Below, piece by piece: positions 59,452-64,000 of a DNA stretch of 64,000 nucleotides. The stretch comes from Podarcis erhardii (Eukaryota). The notes beneath the pieces were generated by a model. That model searched no databases, was not told the origin of the DNA, and saw nothing but the letters and a program-made list of their open reading frames with translations. The stretch lies in NCBI GenBank assembly GCA_964252035.1, contig OZ176205.1, one strand, 5' to 3'. The stretch's first letter is position 1; each line of letters opens with the position of its first letter. A program made the position numbers and the translations under genes.

Positions 59452-61015
59452 GTAAGATAGTTAAATGTTTCTGAATGTATTGAATAAGCGACTTCAGACT
59501 GTGATATTCTAGGAAAATGCAAGTTGCATTTTGCAAGCGTGGGGTGCCAGGTGCTTCTGACCTCCCCACACCACAAGTCTTATCCCAAGTGTACAGGTGG
59601 GACTTGTATAGGGTTGCCATATTTAAAAAAGTAGAATTCCTGACACTCACAGAGCTATTAAGCTTTTTTTGTAGGAAACCACCAAAATTGTTTCTGAATT
59701 CTGCATTTTGCAAGCGTGGGTGTCAGGGTACTTCTGGCTGCCCCTACACCCCACAACTTTTTCATCCTTTTCTAAAAGTAACATTCCACAAAGTTGTTGA
59801 GCTTCTTAGCAAGACCCCAAAAGCTCCGCCCAAAGTAGTGATTTTAAGTTGTTAGAGCTGGTTTCCACTGGTTTGGCAAAATTCCACCCTGACGCCATTT
59901 TTACACCCAAAACCAGGTCATGTCAGGAATGTTCCTGCTATAGTGCAAGCCTAGGTCACTTGCAAGAAAAAAAATATTGATAGCCTGGAATATTCCTCTT
60001 CCCTATTCCATTCAACTGGGGTAGTTCATTCTATCTCCCCCTAGCACCTCCTTCCAGTGAGCACATTTAGTCCTCCTTCCTTTTTGAGGTCTTTCCCCAT
60101 TGGCTTTTTGTTTTTAATTTCGGCAATACCTTGGGTGCTCCCAAGCCCGCTAGATTACTCTTGTAAATGGGCGCTTCCATTTTGGCTGCCCAAGCAATGG
60201 CAATCACAGCCTGAGTGTTGGAAACAGAGGGAAGGGTCTGTGCCAGAACTGGGTGCATGTACTCTGAGGTAAATGTACTCTGAGGTAAATGTTGTGCAGG
60301 TTTTGACCATTAGAGGTTAAAATGTCCTGTTCATAGGTTTCTTTAACTGGAGCTCTTTGACACCAGATTTCAGGAAATTGTTCCAGAAATGGGGTGCTTT
60401 TTCTGGGAAGTGCTCCCCTCCTCTCAGTGGCTTTGCCTTAGTTCACATGGCAGCTGCCCCCAGTGGAGGAAGACGGTTTCTTTGCTCTAGGCTTCAGCTT
60501 CCTGCCTGGCATTGCAATAGTTCAATCTGTTTGGGGGCGCCATGGCCAGCTCCATTGAAGGAAAAATATACAAATGTCCCACTTCGTAGGAGTTGCTTCA
60601 GATTGCTCTGTTAATAAGCAACACAGAAGAACCTTTGTCACTAAACAGGGCTGATTGTGCACTCGAGGTTGTTGCGCAGTGTAGACTTGCACAAACAATA
60701 TGGCGACCACTTAAAAACAAGCAAAAATGGCCGCCTTCCTGTCATGTACAGCTTCCCCCACTATTTTCTCCTTCATACCAGGAATAGCTTTGCATACTAT
60801 GTCAAGCAACACTCAGTGGCACAGGAGGATCCACCAAAAAAAGTATGTGAATTGCATCTACCAGATTTTTGAAGACAGGGGTTCAACTTTTCAACATGCA
60901 AGGCACTCCAGCTTCAGGAAAGAAAGATGGCAGAAGAAACCAAAGGGCACATTTTGTAAACACAAATGCCAATAACTAGCCATTGACACACAAAGCTCTC
61001 TCCTTTCCCTGTTAG

Positions 61016-61156
61016 GACATGGTGAAAGAGGCATCAACTTATCTCTTCAGTGCTACACGGCAAAGATTTTATTTCAAGACTGTGAAAGTTATAATTCCTT
61101 CCACATGGGAACTGAAAAATGAATATCAAAGAGTAACTACAGAATCCTATGATAAG
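61016..61156 (+). CDS. Second CLCA paralogue, coding exon 2
   Basis: DMVKEASTYLFSATRQRFYFKTVKVIIPSTW...ESYDK; 141 nt. Confidence 0.93.
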
Positions 61157-61274
61157 GTAATGCTGAAGAATACATTAAGATTTCAATATACTTGTGGTAT
61201 TTTTAAAAAGATTGGGGCAAATGGAGAGATTGGGGGGGGGATACAAGATATTGTATGATCTAATACAAATTCTT

Positions 61275-61305
<31 letters not shown>

Positions 61306-61672
61306 AAGTTCTATACCACCCTTAATCCGAAGATCGCAGGACTCTTTACAATACAACAACACAAAAATATATACCATAATAACAAAAACAACCCTCCCCC
61401 CCCCCAGTGTAAAAGTCCATAGAATGTTTAATTAGCCAAAAGCCTGAGAAAAGAGGAATGTCTTTGCCTGGTGCCTAAAGATAAGTAAAGCAGATGTCAA
61501 GCAATAATATCTACATTTCCCACTTTTGGATGCAACTGGATTTATTTTTGAGTAAACATGCAAATCTGGGCTGTATACTGCTTAATGTTCTTATAGACGT
61601 GATGATATCTAAGGCTGGGTTAAGGTGGTTGGGGGCCTTGGTGTGTTCCCACCCTTCTCCCCAAAAGGAATT

Positions 61673-61916
61673 TGTTATGTATTGAAGTTCTCACCCTGGC
61701 CACCAGGGGTATTGTGCATATAGTTTTCACTCAGGTCCATGTCAGTTAATTTAGGCGGGAAACCCTGGGGTGTTGTTGTTACAATGTTGACAGCCAGCTG
61801 CCTATAAAAGCAGGCTGGCTGGCTGAGCTGTTCAGTTCAGTTCAGTTCCAGCTTACTATAAAGAACCACTTGGAGAAATATCTGTGTCATCTGCTTTGTC
61901 AACCCACTACTTAATA
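61673..61916 (+). mobile_element. Solo LTR (244 bp)
   Basis: TGTTA...TTAATA ends, 5-bp TSD GAATT at 61668-61672 and 61917-61921, internal CCTATAAAAGC. Confidence 0.75.
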
Positions 61917-62145
61917 GAATTCATGACACAACAGTACCAGAATTACATCTTGAAATATCTTTAAGGACTAATGAATTTGGTACACCTGATTTCGTGGGCT
62001 CACTTATAGACAATTGTATTAATAAATACCTGAAGCTATTCCTTGTATAGTAGCATTGTCTAGTAAGCTTTTCCCCTTTTTCTTTTAATGGAAGCTCAGA
62101 CTGGACTGTCTACCTCTATATCTTCTTTGTTCTATTTTATTTTAG

Positions 62146-62296
62146 GCAGATGTCATAGTGGCGGATCATTACTTGAAACATGGAGATGATCCCTACACCC
62201 TACAGTATGGCAGATGTGGGGAACCTGGGCGATACATTCATTTCACTCCTAACTTCCTGACAAACGACAAGTTGCATAATGCTTATGGTCCACGAG
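62146..62296 (+). CDS. Second CLCA paralogue, coding exon 3
   Basis: ADVIVAD...GDDPYTLQYGRCGEPGRYIHFTPNFL...YGPR; 151 nt. Confidence 0.94.
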
Positions 62297-62941
62297 GTAG
62301 CACCTGTTAATTCAGATTAAATTGTCTGGGTTGTTGATTTTTAATTATTAGAATTGCTAGTCAAGATTTCAAAAGGTAATAAAGATAGAATTCATAAGAA
62401 ACCATTAAGACTTTCAATGCAGTTGCTTAATCGCTCTAAAGGCTCCTAAATTTACATAAGAAATCTGCAATAGTTTCACATGAGGTTCATCAATACATTT
62501 TCAACCCCAAAAAGCTATCTTGCTGAAGCTATCTGAGCCTCTCTTCCTCTTTCCCATGTTACCGCAGCTGCTTGTGTACCATACATTTAAAGTACATGAC
62601 TTCTTACATACAGTTCCCAGGAAGTCGTGTGCTTTGATTGCAGGGGCCATAGTAAGACCCGCCTTGTCAGATGCAACTGTTGATTAAAGAGTCATCAGCT
62701 CATTGGCTTCTGTGATGTAGGGAGACAAACAGGGACTTCTCTTCTGAATCAGATTGAAAAGTTGGCTACCCCTTCTATAGTTATTCAATTGCTGCTGTGA
62801 TTTCACAGTATTTCAAATTTTATTTTAGTGTTTTTTTAACAGGATGTATGTTTGCTATAATTACTAGCTGTGTGCCGTACATTTAAACAAAAAACAAAAA
62901 ACTGTGTCGCAAATTTTAGCTTTGTTATTGGTGTTCTACAG

Positions 62942-63053
62942 GCAGGGTCTTTGTCCATGAATGGGCTCATCTCAGATGGGGTGTCTTTGATGAATACAAC
63001 AATGATGCACCTTTCTACACTCCTGGGGGAGACAACTTGCCTGAAGCAACAAG
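62942..63053 (+). CDS. Second CLCA paralogue, coding exon 4 (HExxH); gene continues past the window
   Basis: [26 protein letters not shown]; 112 nt, phase 1-2. Confidence 0.95.
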
Positions 63054-63159
63054 GTACTTTCACAAATACCTCCAACAAATGCACCTCTTCTTTAAGAAGT
63101 GATGTTTGCCTTGGGCTTGCTAGTTTTTTAGTGGTGTAAATTATTGCCTAGAGAGCATC

Positions 63160-63275
63160 TTTGGGTCCCCAGATGTTGTTGGACTACATCACCCCTAGCT
63201 TGTAGGACCAGTGGTCAAAGGATGATGGCAGTTGTAGTCCAACAACACCATGCGGATGTTGAGAAAGGCTCCTCT
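63160..63275. mobile_element. Palindromic MITE fragment
   Basis: Same core as 36759-36896. Confidence 0.65.
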
Positions 63276-63559
63276 AGAGGAGTAAACTGTAATTGGAAGA
63301 TATACAATCTCTTATGGGAGCCAAGTTGGGCAATGCCCTGCCTGCTGGTAACCCCAGCTAGTGGCCACTTGTGCTCTGCCCAACCCCTTAACATCAACCA
63401 GCTTATTCAGTGGGTGAGAAGAAATTTTCCGTGCCGGGTACCACCTGACCTTGCTACGCCACTGATTCAGTCTCTCTGAAGACGATTTTGAGACTCTGAT
63501 TATGATGGCTTGTCAGCTTTACTCCTGCACGCACTCATGAAAACAATGAGCAATCGCTG

Positions 63560-63890
63560 TGTGCTGCTAGGTCCCACTCCCATAGCCTCAGCCCTGTATA
63601 CCTGAAGGAGCAGCTCCACCCCCATCGTTCAGCCCAGACACAGAGGTTCTGCTCTGAGGGCCTTCTGGAAGTTCCCTTAACGCAAGAAGTGAGGTTACAG
63701 GGAACCAGGCAGAAGGCCTTCTCAGTGGTGGTGCCCGCCCTGTGGAATGCCCTCCCATAGATGTCAATGAAATAAACAACTACCTGACTTTTAGAAAACA
63801 TCTGAAGGCAGCCCTGTTTAGGGAAGTTTTTAATGTTTGATGTTTTATTCTGTTGGCGGGGTATAAATAATAAATTATTATTATTATTAC
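63560..63890 (+). mobile_element. L2-clade LINE 3' fragment
   Basis: Reverse-complement similarity to 31380-31640; ends in TATAAATAATAAA(TTA)n. Confidence 0.8.
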
Positions 63891-64000
63891 TCCTGCCTCC
63901 AATGTAGGTGAGGGGCAGCAACATTCCTTTCCTCACCCCCGCCCGCAACCAATTTCTTCTCTCCTGAGAAAGCCTAGGAAGGGTGTTGAGAGACCCAAGG

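Overview
Eukaryotic (vertebrate) genomic DNA, most likely a lacertid lizard. The inference rests on many Sauria/Squam1-type SINEs with (ACCTTT)n tails, a BovB/RTE fragment, CR1/L2/L1 fragments and Tc1/pogo and hAT MITEs. It carries three genes in the order known from human 1p22. (1) The 5' part of ODF2L on the minus strand: 8 in-frame exons traced between 16341 and 714, with a CpG island at about 19.0-19.5 kb; the gene continues past position 1. (2) A complete 14-exon CLCA2-like gene on the plus strand (28648-49528): 2826 nt CDS = 941 aa plus stop, HExxH metalloprotease, VWA domain and a C-terminal TM helix. (3) The first four coding exons of a second CLCA paralogue (from 59299), truncated by the window end. 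I assembled the exons by hand from splice signals, phase continuity and remembered human protein sequences. The rest is dense, often nested, transposon-derived DNA. No bacterial-type system (CRISPR, rRNA, true tRNA gene) is present. The most unusual structures are: a 118-bp/236-bp higher-order tandem array of alternating GC-rich hairpins inside a pogo/Tc2-like MITE; a Penelope-like remnant with a decayed hammerhead core; and several places where transposons may supply processing signals to CLCA2 (branch point, 3' UTR, poly(A) site). I cannot claim a new biological system from sequence alone.
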